From a virus (Duplodnaviria > Caudoviricetes), in IMG/VR virus record IMGVR_UViG_3300045996_001293, positions 1 to 38,480 of that record: a stretch of DNA of 38,480 nucleotides, one strand, 5' to 3'. The translations under genes and the position numbers were made by a program. Within the stretch, counting starts at the first letter, position 1. Each line of letters opens with the position of its first letter. Shown in pieces: positions 19,192-27,417 of this stretch. The notes under the pieces are model-generated. The model saw only the letters and a program-made list of their open reading frames with translations. It was not told where the DNA came from and searched no databases.

Positions 19192-19563
19192 CTACTCCTG
19201 CGCCATGCTGATGAGCGTCCGAACCTCCAGGGCCAGGTCGGCGTGCGACTGTGCCGGGTCCAGGTCCATGTCGAACTTCTCCTTGGCGTAGGTGACCAGG
19301 TCCTCGACGGTCATCTTCTCCAGGTCCAGCGCGTTGACCGCTGGGTCCAGCACGGGCGCCGGGGCGTCCGGCTCCGGTTTGACGGGCCGGTACGCGACGA
19401 ACTTGTTCTCCAGGCGGGTCTCCAGCGAGCCCTCGGGCCAGTGCTCCAGGTCCTCGGGCGTGATGGCGTCTCCCTTCTGGTACTGCTTCCCCTGGACGTT
19501 GAACCCATCCGCATGGATGCAGATCAACGCCAGGGTCACCGTGAGCTTCGTCGTGGTGGCCAT
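19192..19563 (-). CDS. Post-capsid small protein with C-terminal helix-extension-helix (Rho-N/HeH-like) domain
   Basis: 123 aa; YQKGDAI N-terminal module, Pro-rich linker, LEKMTVEDLVTYAKEKFDMDL. Confidence 0.6.
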   Translation of the reverse strand: MATTTKLTVTLALICIHADGFNVQGKQYQKGDAITPEDLEHWPEGSLETRLENKFVAYRPVKPEPDAPAPVLDPAVNALDLEKMTVEDLVTYAKEKFDMDLDPAQSHADLALEVRTLISMAQE

Positions 19564-19564
19564 G

Positions 19565-20536
19565 TTACGCCACCACGCTGGCGAAGAAGTAGCCCATGCT
19601 GCTGGCCACGATCTTCATATCCGACGCCATCTCGGACTCGATGCGGTCGGAGCTCAGGAGCTCCGCGCGAATCCGCTTGGTGCGGAAGCCGTTCTGGGCG
19701 CCGGTGAAGCCCGCCCAGTTGAACGTGTAGCCCGCCGTGGGCGTCATGAGCGACGGCGACGGGGCGCTGTAGCAGAGCAGCGCGTGCTTGCCCCCGATGA
19801 ACGCCATGGAGCTCGCGGCGCCCTCGACCGCCGTCTCGTACACGCTCTCGAGCACCAGGACGCGCTCGATGTCGAAGTACCGGGCCAGCATGGCCAGGTT
19901 GATGGAGTCCGCCGAGGTGTACTTGAACTGGTCCTTGATGGCCGCGCACAGGCGCAGCGCGCTCAGAACCTCGGCGCCGATCACCAGCGTGTTGGGCTTG
20001 AAGCCCGTGGCGCGCTGGATGGTCAGCTTGCCCGTCTCCACGTCGGCGTTGGGGTTGGCCGTCGCCGCGACCGACCACAGCGTGCCCGGGGTGATGTCCG
20101 TCCCCCAGACGCCCGCCTTGAAGAACGAGTTGACCCACTTGCGCTCCCGACGAATCAGGAGCTTCTGGGTGACGTACTCCGTGGCCGCCTTGTCCAGGCT
20201 GAGGACCGAGTCCGCGTTGGCGCGGGTCTGGTCGTCGATGTCCTTGTGGAACGCCTCCACGAGGCAGGAGTACGAGGCCGTGCTGACCTGGAACCCACCA
20301 CCCGCCGACTCGGTGCCCGGCGCGCGAGGCTTGGCCTCGTCGCGGAGGAAGTCCGCCTTGTCGAACAGGTAGTACAGATTGCTCTGCTGGGAAACAGGAA
20401 CGTTCGGGAACACCTTGTCCGCGATGAAGGACGAGGCGGCCTGCACGTAGGCGACGCTGATGTTCGTCAGCGGCGCGTTGACGTGCACGTCACCCGGAGT
20501 GGGCGACGCCTTCTGGATGCGAGTCCGTGGAGCCAT
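19565..20536 (-). CDS. Major capsid protein (HK97 fold, lambda gpE-like family)
   Basis: 323 aa from ATG 20536; PLTNISVAY, FIADKVFPNVPV, TGFKPNTLVIG, PTAGYTFNW motifs; follows scaffold and cement genes. Confidence 0.9.
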   Translation of the reverse strand: MAPRTRIQKASPTPGDVHVNAPLTNISVAYVQAASSFIADKVFPNVPVSQQSNLYYLFDKADFLRDEAKPRAPGTESAGGGFQVSTASYSCLVEAFHKDIDDQTRANADSVLSLDKAATEYVTQKLLIRRERKWVNSFFKAGVWGTDITPGTLWSVAATANPNADVETGKLTIQRATGFKPNTLVIGAEVLSALRLCAAIKDQFKYTSADSINLAMLARYFDIERVLVLESVYETAVEGAASSMAFIGGKHALLCYSAPSPSLMTPTAGYTFNWAGFTGAQNGFRTKRIRAELLSSDRIESEMASDMKIVASSMGYFFASVVA

Positions 20537-20570
20537 GGGGAAGGGTCTCTCAGGGGAGGGTGACGTGGGC

Positions 20571-20948
20571 TTACGGGATGAGGCGCGACTGCGCGCCCAG
20601 GAGCACTTCGACGACGTCGCCGGAGACACCACCCTTGAGCAGAATGCCCAGGGAGCGGTTGGTGGCCGTCGCCGCTGCCACAGCGGCGCCGTTGGCGTCG
20701 CTCATGACTTCGGCACCCGCCGAGAGGGTGGCCGCGAGAATGACCTTGCTGACGCCGGTGATCATGACGTCGGCTGCCGCGCCCGAGGCGGGCTTGTTCT
20801 GCAGGATGCCGATCGGCTTGTCGGTGCTGGCGGCGCAGACGGTGATGGTGAGGTCACCGCTGACCTTGACGAAACGGTGCTGCTTCGTGCTGTTGTCGGC
20901 CGAGGCCGTCAGAAAGCCGATGCACAGCCCGCGCTGTTCGGTTGCCAT
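20571..20948 (-). CDS. Capsid cement/decoration protein (DUF2190-like)
   Basis: 125 aa; PIGILQNKP.SG.AADV..TGVSKV, GAEVMSDANGAAV, GDVVEVLL; directly upstream of the capsid gene. Confidence 0.8.
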   Translation of the reverse strand: MATEQRGLCIGFLTASADNSTKQHRFVKVSGDLTITVCAASTDKPIGILQNKPASGAAADVMITGVSKVILAATLSAGAEVMSDANGAAVAAATATNRSLGILLKGGVSGDVVEVLLGAQSRLIP

Positions 20949-20994
20949 GGGAAAGCTCCAGAGGGGGAAGGAGGGGGAGTGGGGCTGTGCGGGA

Positions 20995-21894
20995 CTACTG
21001 GGCGTCGCCGGTGAGGCTGGCCTCGTAGGCGTCCGGGTCTTCCACGAGCGCCTTGGTGATCGCCTGCGCCTGCGTGAGCTTGGGGTCCGACTTGCGGAGC
21101 TCCTCGGCGCGCTTCTCGATGGTGGCGCTGATGCTCGGCGCGTCCGTGTCGTTGGAGCCGAGCTCCTCGGTCAGCTTGGCCGACTTGGTGACCGTGGCGA
21201 GCTGGCCCACGATGGTGCCCAGTGCCGCCTGACCCGCCGCGTCCAACTGCTTGAGCAGCGCGACGACCGGCTCGGTCTGCAGGCCGGTCTCGCCCACGAG
21301 CGCGGTCGCCTTGGCGACGAGCTCGCGCTGCGCGGCTTCCTGGGCCGCCTTCTCGACCTGCTCCTTGGCCTCGCTGGCCGCCTTCTCGATGCTCTCGATG
21401 TAGGCCAGCGCGGCAGGCGTCAGGCCCTTGCGGATTTCCTCGGGCGTGTTCATGTCCTGGTCCTTGGTGATGGAAGTGGGGGCGCCCGAGTTGGGCGTGG
21501 AATCGACGGGCTCCTGGTTAACGCCAGGCACGTTCTTGGCAAAGGCTTCCTCCTCCTCCACCAACTCCTCGTCGTCGTCCTCGTCCTCCTCCCCCTTGGT
21601 GACGGCGCCTATCACGCTGTCTCGAAACTCGTCCAGGCTCTTGTTGATGAGGGCAATCCGCCCCTCGGGGGTGAGGTCGTCGGCCAGGACGATGCTGTCG
21701 AGCGACTGGCCGAGCAGGTCCAGGAGCTGGGGCGGCTCCTCGCTCTTGGTGACGCGGCCGAACAGCCGGTCCAGGAGGGACGGCTTGGGGGCCTCCCGCT
21801 TGAACAGGCTGACGCGCGCATGCTGGTTGGCGGGGTGGTCCACGAGGGAGAGCTCCTTGAGGAGGATGTTGCGGAGGGAGCGGCGCTTGGTCAT
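20995..21894 (-). CDS. Capsid scaffolding protein with N-terminal prohead-protease-like ELSLVDHPAN segment
   Basis: 299 aa; acidic tract and coiled coil; many [VILF]-x-K sites; between protease and capsid genes. Confidence 0.8.
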   Translation of the reverse strand: MTKRRSLRNILLKELSLVDHPANQHARVSLFKREAPKPSLLDRLFGRVTKSEEPPQLLDLLGQSLDSIVLADDLTPEGRIALINKSLDEFRDSVIGAVTKGEEDEDDDEELVEEEEAFAKNVPGVNQEPVDSTPNSGAPTSITKDQDMNTPEEIRKGLTPAALAYIESIEKAASEAKEQVEKAAQEAAQRELVAKATALVGETGLQTEPVVALLKQLDAAGQAALGTIVGQLATVTKSAKLTEELGSNDTDAPSISATIEKRAEELRKSDPKLTQAQAITKALVEDPDAYEASLTGDAQ

Positions 21895-21903
21895 GGGAGG
21901 GTC

Positions 21904-23112
21904 TCAGGTGGGAAGTAGCTGACGGAACGTCTTGGCGACGAGCCCCAGAGCCGCGTCTTCCTTCTGCTTGGCCTTGAGCTCCTTCTCCTCTTCCTTGGGG
22001 TCGCGCTTCCCGCCCGCCTTGAGGTGGGCCGCCATGTGCGCCTCGAGCTCGGTGGCGGAGAGGGGGATCTTGCTGCGGGGCTTCAGGAGTGCGGCGCTTT
22101 GCTCCGTGGTGAGGTGGCAGTGGGCGCAGGCGTGGTCCGTGATAGCCTTGGCGCGGTGCTTCTCGGTGCCCGGCGCGTGGGGAATGGGCCCGCTGTTCTC
22201 GCGTGCCTTGGTGGCCTGCTCCTCCGCCTTGGTGGGTTTGGCCTTGAGGAGCTCAGCAAAAGACGCGGCTTTCTTGACACGGGGGTTGATCATCTGGGCA
22301 GCCTGTTCGTGGTGGCGACGAGCCTGCGTGAAGTGTTCGCGTCCGACGTCGAGCCGGGCGATTTCCCAGTCCTCGCTGGGGGCCTGACCCACGCCCGCCA
22401 TGAAGTGCTGCCCCGCTGCCGTGTGGGCGCGTCCCGCTGCCGTGTGGGATTCCACGGAGGGAAGCTTGGTCGCTGCTTCGCTGGCGAGGTTGGCGTCCCG
22501 GTGGATGACGGTGGCTTCGCGCCGGGTCTCGGGTGCCATGTCTGCGACCGCGGCCTTGAAGCGCCCGCCCTTGCCACGTGGATGATCGCTCTCGCTCCAC
22601 TTGGTCAGGAGCTCCACGTAGTCGTGGCGCTCGCCCTCGCCGCCAATGGAGAACGCCTTGAGCTCGCCCTTCTTGACGCGCATCCACGTGGCGTCGTCCG
22701 GCACGTGCATGCCCACGAACCAGCCTTCCCGGCCCAGGTCCACGCCGAGCGCGTCCTGGAGCTCCTTGGTGAAGACGATGCTGTCCACCACGGTTCCCAC
22801 CCGGTGGCCCTTGTGCATGGCCTTTCCGGTGCGGTCGTCCATGAACTTGTGAACAGTTTTCTGAAGCTCGCCCGTGTCCACGACGTCGCCCTGCCGGTCG
22901 GTGACGGGTTGGCCCTTCTCCACACTCACGAGCGCCCAGCCCCACACGAGGCGCTGCTCGTCGTCGAACTTCTGGACCGTCTCGGGCGGGGTCAGGAACC
23001 GCTTGACGAGCGCTTCGACCTCGGGCTGGACCTCTTCCGGCGCACGACCGGCGTCCACCGCCTCGGCGGTCAGCGTCAACAGATCGTGGGCGAATTGCGC
23101 GGCTGGGTACAT
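21904..23112 (-). CDS. XkdF-like prohead serine protease with a long C-terminal extension
   Basis: KFDDEQRLVWGWA, DRQGD, AMH, GWFVG, W.RVKKGELKAFSIGG motifs; start taken as ATG 23112 because the longer ORF overlaps the upstream gene; extension begins WSESDHPRGKGGRF. Confidence 0.88.
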   Translation of the reverse strand: MYPAAQFAHDLLTLTAEAVDAGRAPEEVQPEVEALVKRFLTPPETVQKFDDEQRLVWGWALVSVEKGQPVTDRQGDVVDTGELQKTVHKFMDDRTGKAMHKGHRVGTVVDSIVFTKELQDALGVDLGREGWFVGMHVPDDATWMRVKKGELKAFSIGGEGERHDYVELLTKWSESDHPRGKGGRFKAAVADMAPETRREATVIHRDANLASEAATKLPSVESHTAAGRAHTAAGQHFMAGVGQAPSEDWEIARLDVGREHFTQARRHHEQAAQMINPRVKKAASFAELLKAKPTKAEEQATKARENSGPIPHAPGTEKHRAKAITDHACAHCHLTTEQSAALLKPRSKIPLSATELEAHMAAHLKAGGKRDPKEEEKELKAKQKEDAALGLVAKTFRQLLPT

Positions 23113-23134
23113 GGCAGGGGCAAGAGGAGGGAGG

Positions 23135-23150
23135 CCGCAACATAGGCGCC
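23135..23150 (-). promoter_or_regulatory. Conserved intergenic motif GGCGCCTATGTTGCGG (candidate late promoter)
   Basis: 14/16 identical to 24346-24361; contains -10-like TATGTT; same distance to the downstream ATG. Confidence 0.45.
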
Positions 23151-23165
23151 TCCCCCGCTGTTGGC

Positions 23166-24323
23166 CTAACCCCGTGCGTGCTGGAGTGCCCGAATTCCTT
23201 CCTGGTAATCCGCGAACCCTTGGATGTTGTGGGCCCGCGTTGGGGGGAGAATGAGCACGGGCGCCGTGGGGCGGTAGCCGGGGAACCCCAGCCCGCGCGA
23301 GAAGCTTGTGGAGTGCTGCCATGCGCCCATGCGCACGCCGATCACCGTGCGCGGCCCGGGGTGACGGGTCTCCACGGCGGCCACGTGATTGTCGCCAATA
23401 CAGAGCGCATCCGGCAGGAGGGTCCGGCCCTCCGTGTCCGTGGGCCACTCGTTGACCATTTCCTCGAGCCACCGCCAGCAGGCGTGCGTGATATTGAGGG
23501 CGCTGTGGCGCCGGTACTTGTGCCGGGTCGCAATGACCCAGCGCGCGGTCGTCTCGCCGGTCGTGGGGCTCACAATCTCCACCACGTAGATCAGCTCATC
23601 CGGCGCGTAGTGCACATGGTGCCGCTCGGCCAGGAGCTTGAGGTGGTCCAGCCCGACCAAGGCCCGGAGCCACGCGTCATGGTTGCCGTCGGTCATGCCG
23701 ACCAAGCGCCCCTTGAAGCGGCCCACGAGCAGGTCCAGAATGCGGAACTCCTCCGGCACGTCCTTGGCGTCCGTGGGCTTGTGCTTGATGGGGTTGTCGC
23801 CAAGGTCCCCTACGGCCAGCGCCCAGAGCCCCTCCGCCGCGCCCACGGCATCCGCGTAGGCAAACAGCGCGCGCAGGTCCGTGGCCGACTTGGGGGTCAC
23901 GTGCCAGTCCGAGCTCACGGTGAGTCCCACGGGCTTGTCACTGACGAACCGCAGGGTGACGTAGCTTTGGGCCCGGGCTTTGGCCACCGCGGAGTCCGTG
24001 GCGGTCAGGACGCGCTGGAGGAACGCCTCGTCACTCTCGGGCTGCGTCTCCTCCGGGGCAATGATAGTACACAGGTCCGGGCCCGTCGATTGCGGGGCAA
24101 CCACTTCTCGCGTGAGAGTGATGCCCGGGAGCGTCAGTGGGGCAACGTGGAACTCCGCGTCTGCCGGCCAGTGCCCCGCGTTCCGCAGGGTGTATTTCCG
24201 GCAGCTGATGCTGTGGGCGGACCGGCCCATGGCGTGGGCGACTTGGGCGAGGTTGCCCCGGTGTTGCTTCCAAGCCGCGAGGAGGCGAGCGTCATCCTCG
24301 GGGGTCCAGGTCTGTCGGGCCAT
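23166..24323 (-). CDS. N-terminal HTH (Myb/GcrA-like) plus calcineurin-like metallophosphoesterase
   Basis: WTPEDDARL...QVAHAMGRS.HSI HTH; SDWH, VGDLGD, GNHD, RHKY.RHS, GDNH metal-binding motifs. Confidence 0.85.
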   Translation of the reverse strand: MARQTWTPEDDARLLAAWKQHRGNLAQVAHAMGRSAHSISCRKYTLRNAGHWPADAEFHVAPLTLPGITLTREVVAPQSTGPDLCTIIAPEETQPESDEAFLQRVLTATDSAVAKARAQSYVTLRFVSDKPVGLTVSSDWHVTPKSATDLRALFAYADAVGAAEGLWALAVGDLGDNPIKHKPTDAKDVPEEFRILDLLVGRFKGRLVGMTDGNHDAWLRALVGLDHLKLLAERHHVHYAPDELIYVVEIVSPTTGETTARWVIATRHKYRRHSALNITHACWRWLEEMVNEWPTDTEGRTLLPDALCIGDNHVAAVETRHPGPRTVIGVRMGAWQHSTSFSRGLGFPGYRPTAPVLILPPTRAHNIQGFADYQEGIRALQHARG

Positions 24324-24345
24324 AGCCCCTACGGTGTGGGAGGAA

Positions 24346-24361
24346 CCACAACATAGGAGCC
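24346..24361 (-). promoter_or_regulatory. Conserved intergenic motif GGCTCCTATGTTGTGG (candidate late promoter)
   Basis: 14/16 identical to 23135-23150; same spacing to the next ATG. Confidence 0.45.
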
Positions 24362-24388
24362 ATCAGCCCGCTTGGGGAAAACGTCCGA

Positions 24389-24715
24389 TTACCGGACGGT
24401 GGCCGCCACCAACGCGCGCAGCGCGGGCTCGAGCTCGTCCAATGGGAGGACCTTGGTGACCGCTTGCTGGATGAGGGCCTCGGCTTGCGTGCGGAAGTTG
24501 GAGACGTCCTTCCCGTTCACGTACTCCTGGAGCTCGGCGTAGATGGCATCCAGCTCGGCTTGAAGCTGTTCGGGGGAGTCGCCCCGGGTGAGGGCCTCGG
24601 CCGTCTTGGCGCACAGGGCACCCAGGTACAGGAAATAGGGCCACGTGGGCTCGGCTGCCGCCTCGCGCTCCAGGAACTCCCCCAGCCCGTCGTTGCGTTC
24701 GTGTACGCTGCTCAC
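24389..24715 (-). CDS. Small acidic helical protein coupled to the ADP-ribosyltransferase gene (candidate immunity/partner)
   Basis: GTG at 24715 overlaps the upstream TGA (alternative ATG at 24724); about 108 aa. Confidence 0.6.
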   Translation of the reverse strand: MSSVHERNDGLGEFLEREAAAEPTWPYFLYLGALCAKTAEALTRGDSPEQLQAELDAIYAELQEYVNGKDVSNFRTQAEALIQQAVTKVLPLDELEPALRALVAATVR

Positions 24716-27417
24716 TTGACCCATCCTGTCTGTTGGTGGGGCGGGAGTACGGTGGCCTTGATCACGAGTTGGCCGTTCTTGTACTCCACGTGGTCCACGT
24801 GGTACCGGGTGTTGCGGGGCAGGAGCACCTCGTACTCATAGGCGCTCGTGCTTCCCTGTGAGTTCAAGTATAGCCCTCTTGTACCCTTCGGCACGTTCAG
24901 GTGCAGGCTCGTGTTGGCGTAGCTTCCGAAGCTCCCGTGCAAGCTGGTGCTCATGAACGCCGGGTCCTCGATGATGCGGCCCAAGAGGGACTTCCCCTTC
25001 TGCCCTTCGTGCAGCTTGGACCCAAAGTTTCGGATCACACGCAGGTCCCGGTCCAGCACCGCGTTGCCGAGCGCCTTGTCCAGATTGCGGATCTTCTCTG
25101 TGGCGGCGCCCCCACTCCGGAGGTGGGAGTTGATGCTGGAGTACCCGCTCCCCTGATAGCTGCTGAGTGCCTGCGCCTGCGGCCCCGGGAGCGCGGCGCG
25201 GTACTGGGCGGCGGCCTTGTTGAGGTGCTCGTGTTGCACCTGTGGGAAGTCCGCTCGCGGGCCCGGAGTGTTGAGGCTCTTCCCCACGACCTTGAGCGTG
25301 CTGACCGTCTCCCCCACGTCCGCAGCCTTGAACGGCTTGCTCGCTTCCCACGCATTGACCTTGGCGAGGAGCTCGCCCTTGTAGGTCTGGAGGCTGGGAG
25401 CGTACACGGGAATGTTGGCGAGGGCCCCAGCGGGATCCGGTGCGTTGTAGGCATCCTGGAGCGCCTTGACCTTCTTCTTGAACAACTCCTGTTGGTCCAC
25501 CGGGTACTTGGTGTCCACGGCGGGCGCCGGGGGCAGCGCGGGCATGGGGTGCTTCTTGCCTGCGGCGCTCGCGAGCGGGCTGGGCGTGGTGTCAATGACG
25601 ACTTCCGGTGCCTTGAAGTGGACCGTGCTCCCCTTGAGCTGTCCCTCGAGCGAGGCAATGGCCTCGGTCTTGTAGGCGACCGTGACCGATGAGGGGACCG
25701 TGGGCGGGGTCTTGAGCGCCTTCAACCCGGCCAAGTCCCCCTTGTCGTGGAGCTCCTTGATGTGGTCGAGGTGGGCGGAGGTGTTGGGATACTGGTCGTT
25801 GTAGACGTCGTGCTGGATCACAGCGGGGTGGCTGGCGGGGTGCGTGAACGGCGTGATGGCCGTGGGGCTGCCTGCCGTCGCCTTGGCCGGGCTGAGCATG
25901 GCCGCCTTGTAGTCCTTGGCGGCGGGGCTCGAGGGCTTGTACGCCATGACCCCCGCGTGGTCCCCCTTGGCGTGGAGGTTCTGCAGGTCCTGAATCTCGT
26001 ACCCGGTGCCGGTGCTCGGCTGGTAGTGGACCTGGTTTCCGTTGACGTCCCAGAAGGCGTAGTCGCCCGTGCCGCCCATGTACGTGCTGGTGGGGAGGGG
26101 TCCCAACGTTGGTGCGGCTCCTCCCACGGCCCCCGCTGCCTGCTGGGCCTTCAGCGAGGCAATAGCCGCCTTCTTGTACGGCGTGGTGACCTGCCCGCTC
26201 TGGAACTTCTCGAGCCCGTCCAGGTCGCCCGTGTCATGGAGCTCCTTGATTTTGTGGAGCTTGTGATCCACGCCGCCACTGCCCGTGCCGCTGGCATAGG
26301 ACTGCATGGACGGGTGGGTGTCGAACGGCTCCAGGGGCGTGATGGTCTTGGGTCCTGCGGTGACGGTGGGGGTCAGCCCCTTCGGCTTGTTGGCGAGGAT
26401 GGCCTTTTTGTATGTGGATGCCGCCGTGTAGCCCGGCTCGTTGAGCGCTTCGACCGCGTCGAAGCCTCCCTTGTTGTATGCGGCCTGGAGCTCCTTGATC
26501 TCCTTCATCTCAGAATCGAGCAAGTCGCCGGGGGCGTAGCCGGTGGTGGCCGCGTTGACCGGGGGCAGCTTGGGCTTGAGGAAGCCCTTGGCGGGCGCCT
26601 TGCTCGCGAGCAGGTCCGCCTTGTAGTCCTTTCCTGCGGCGGACATGGGCTGGTACGCCTCTACGGCGGCAGCGCCCTTGGCGTGGGCGGCTTTGAGTTT
26701 GCCGAGATCGTGATCCGACTCAATGGTGCCGTCGGCATGGTGGCCGTAGGTTTCCCAACCGCTGACGTCATCCGTATGCGTGGGCGGCAAAGGCCCCAGC
26801 TTCTTGGGAGCTGCGACGGTGACCGCCTGCGTCAGCTTCCCGTTGCTGTGGTGGGCGTAGAGAGCCGCCTGATACTCCTTGAGCGCCTTGGGGGAGCTCG
26901 CGGGCAGAGCGATCTTGTTGAGGTCCTCCACGGACTGGGCCGCCTGCATCTGGGAGGCGAGCTTCCCGTGGTACTTCCCAATGGGTCCGTTCGTGTTGAG
27001 CGTGGGGAAGTCCGGTGGGGGGAGCTTGGCCGCCTGCGTCATGGCCGCCATGCCCTTGGCTTCCGCCAGGTACTTGTGGTATTTGACGCTGTTGGGGTGG
27101 TTGCTCACGCTGTACTTGGGGAGCTTCTCGAGCGCCCCCACGGGGTCGTCGCTGGCAAGGGCCTCGTTGATGGCGAGGAACTTCTTGTTGAGCCCTGCCG
27201 CCGCGTCGGACTGGCCCCCGGACCACGGGGTCTTGAGCCCGGGGATGTACTTCGCCTTGGGGATACCGGCAATGAACTTGCCGTCCGGCCCGCGCGGGTG
27301 CTCCACCTCAATGAAGGCGGCAGCCACGCTCTTGAGCACGTCCCCCAGCGTCCGGGGCGCCTCCTCGTCCTGGGCTGTGGTGGCGAGAGTCGCCCGCAAC
27401 GCATCAATGTCAAGCAC
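24712..27417 (-). CDS. Large repeat protein with C-terminal VIP2/Alt-like ADP-ribosyltransferase domain
   Basis: GGAGG then GTG at 27417; N-terminal HPRGPDGKF; helical repeats; Y.G.GY..IN..LR, VIR, FMSTS, YEYEVLLPRNTRY (R-S-ExE signature). Confidence 0.9.
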   Translation of the reverse strand: MLDIDALRATLATTAQDEEAPRTLGDVLKSVAAAFIEVEHPRGPDGKFIAGIPKAKYIPGLKTPWSGGQSDAAAGLNKKFLAINEALASDDPVGALEKLPKYSVSNHPNSVKYHKYLAEAKGMAAMTQAAKLPPPDFPTLNTNGPIGKYHGKLASQMQAAQSVEDLNKIALPASSPKALKEYQAALYAHHSNGKLTQAVTVAAPKKLGPLPPTHTDDVSGWETYGHHADGTIESDHDLGKLKAAHAKGAAAVEAYQPMSAAGKDYKADLLASKAPAKGFLKPKLPPVNAATTGYAPGDLLDSEMKEIKELQAAYNKGGFDAVEALNEPGYTAASTYKKAILANKPKGLTPTVTAGPKTITPLEPFDTHPSMQSYASGTGSGGVDHKLHKIKELHDTGDLDGLEKFQSGQVTTPYKKAAIASLKAQQAAGAVGGAAPTLGPLPTSTYMGGTGDYAFWDVNGNQVHYQPSTGTGYEIQDLQNLHAKGDHAGVMAYKPSSPAAKDYKAAMLSPAKATAGSPTAITPFTHPASHPAVIQHDVYNDQYPNTSAHLDHIKELHDKGDLAGLKALKTPPTVPSSVTVAYKTEAIASLEGQLKGSTVHFKAPEVVIDTTPSPLASAAGKKHPMPALPPAPAVDTKYPVDQQELFKKKVKALQDAYNAPDPAGALANIPVYAPSLQTYKGELLAKVNAWEASKPFKAADVGETVSTLKVVGKSLNTPGPRADFPQVQHEHLNKAAAQYRAALPGPQAQALSSYQGSGYSSINSHLRSGGAATEKIRNLDKALGNAVLDRDLRVIRNFGSKLHEGQKGKSLLGRIIEDPAFMSTSLHGSFGSYANTSLHLNVPKGTRGLYLNSQGSTSAYEYEVLLPRNTRYHVDHVEYKNGQLVIKATVLPPHQQTGWVK

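Noticed and set aside
22114-22128. CAHCH as a c-type heme attachment motif in the protease extension
   Set aside because: No export signal and a cytoplasmic or capsid location; a zinc site using the downstream HxxxH is more plausible
23113-23472. Upstream extensions of the longest ORFs for protease (23472), terL (32729), capsid (20632), gp10-like (13438) and nuclease (35496)
   Set aside because: The extensions overlap other genuine genes; downstream starts supported by coupling, SD or family motifs fit better
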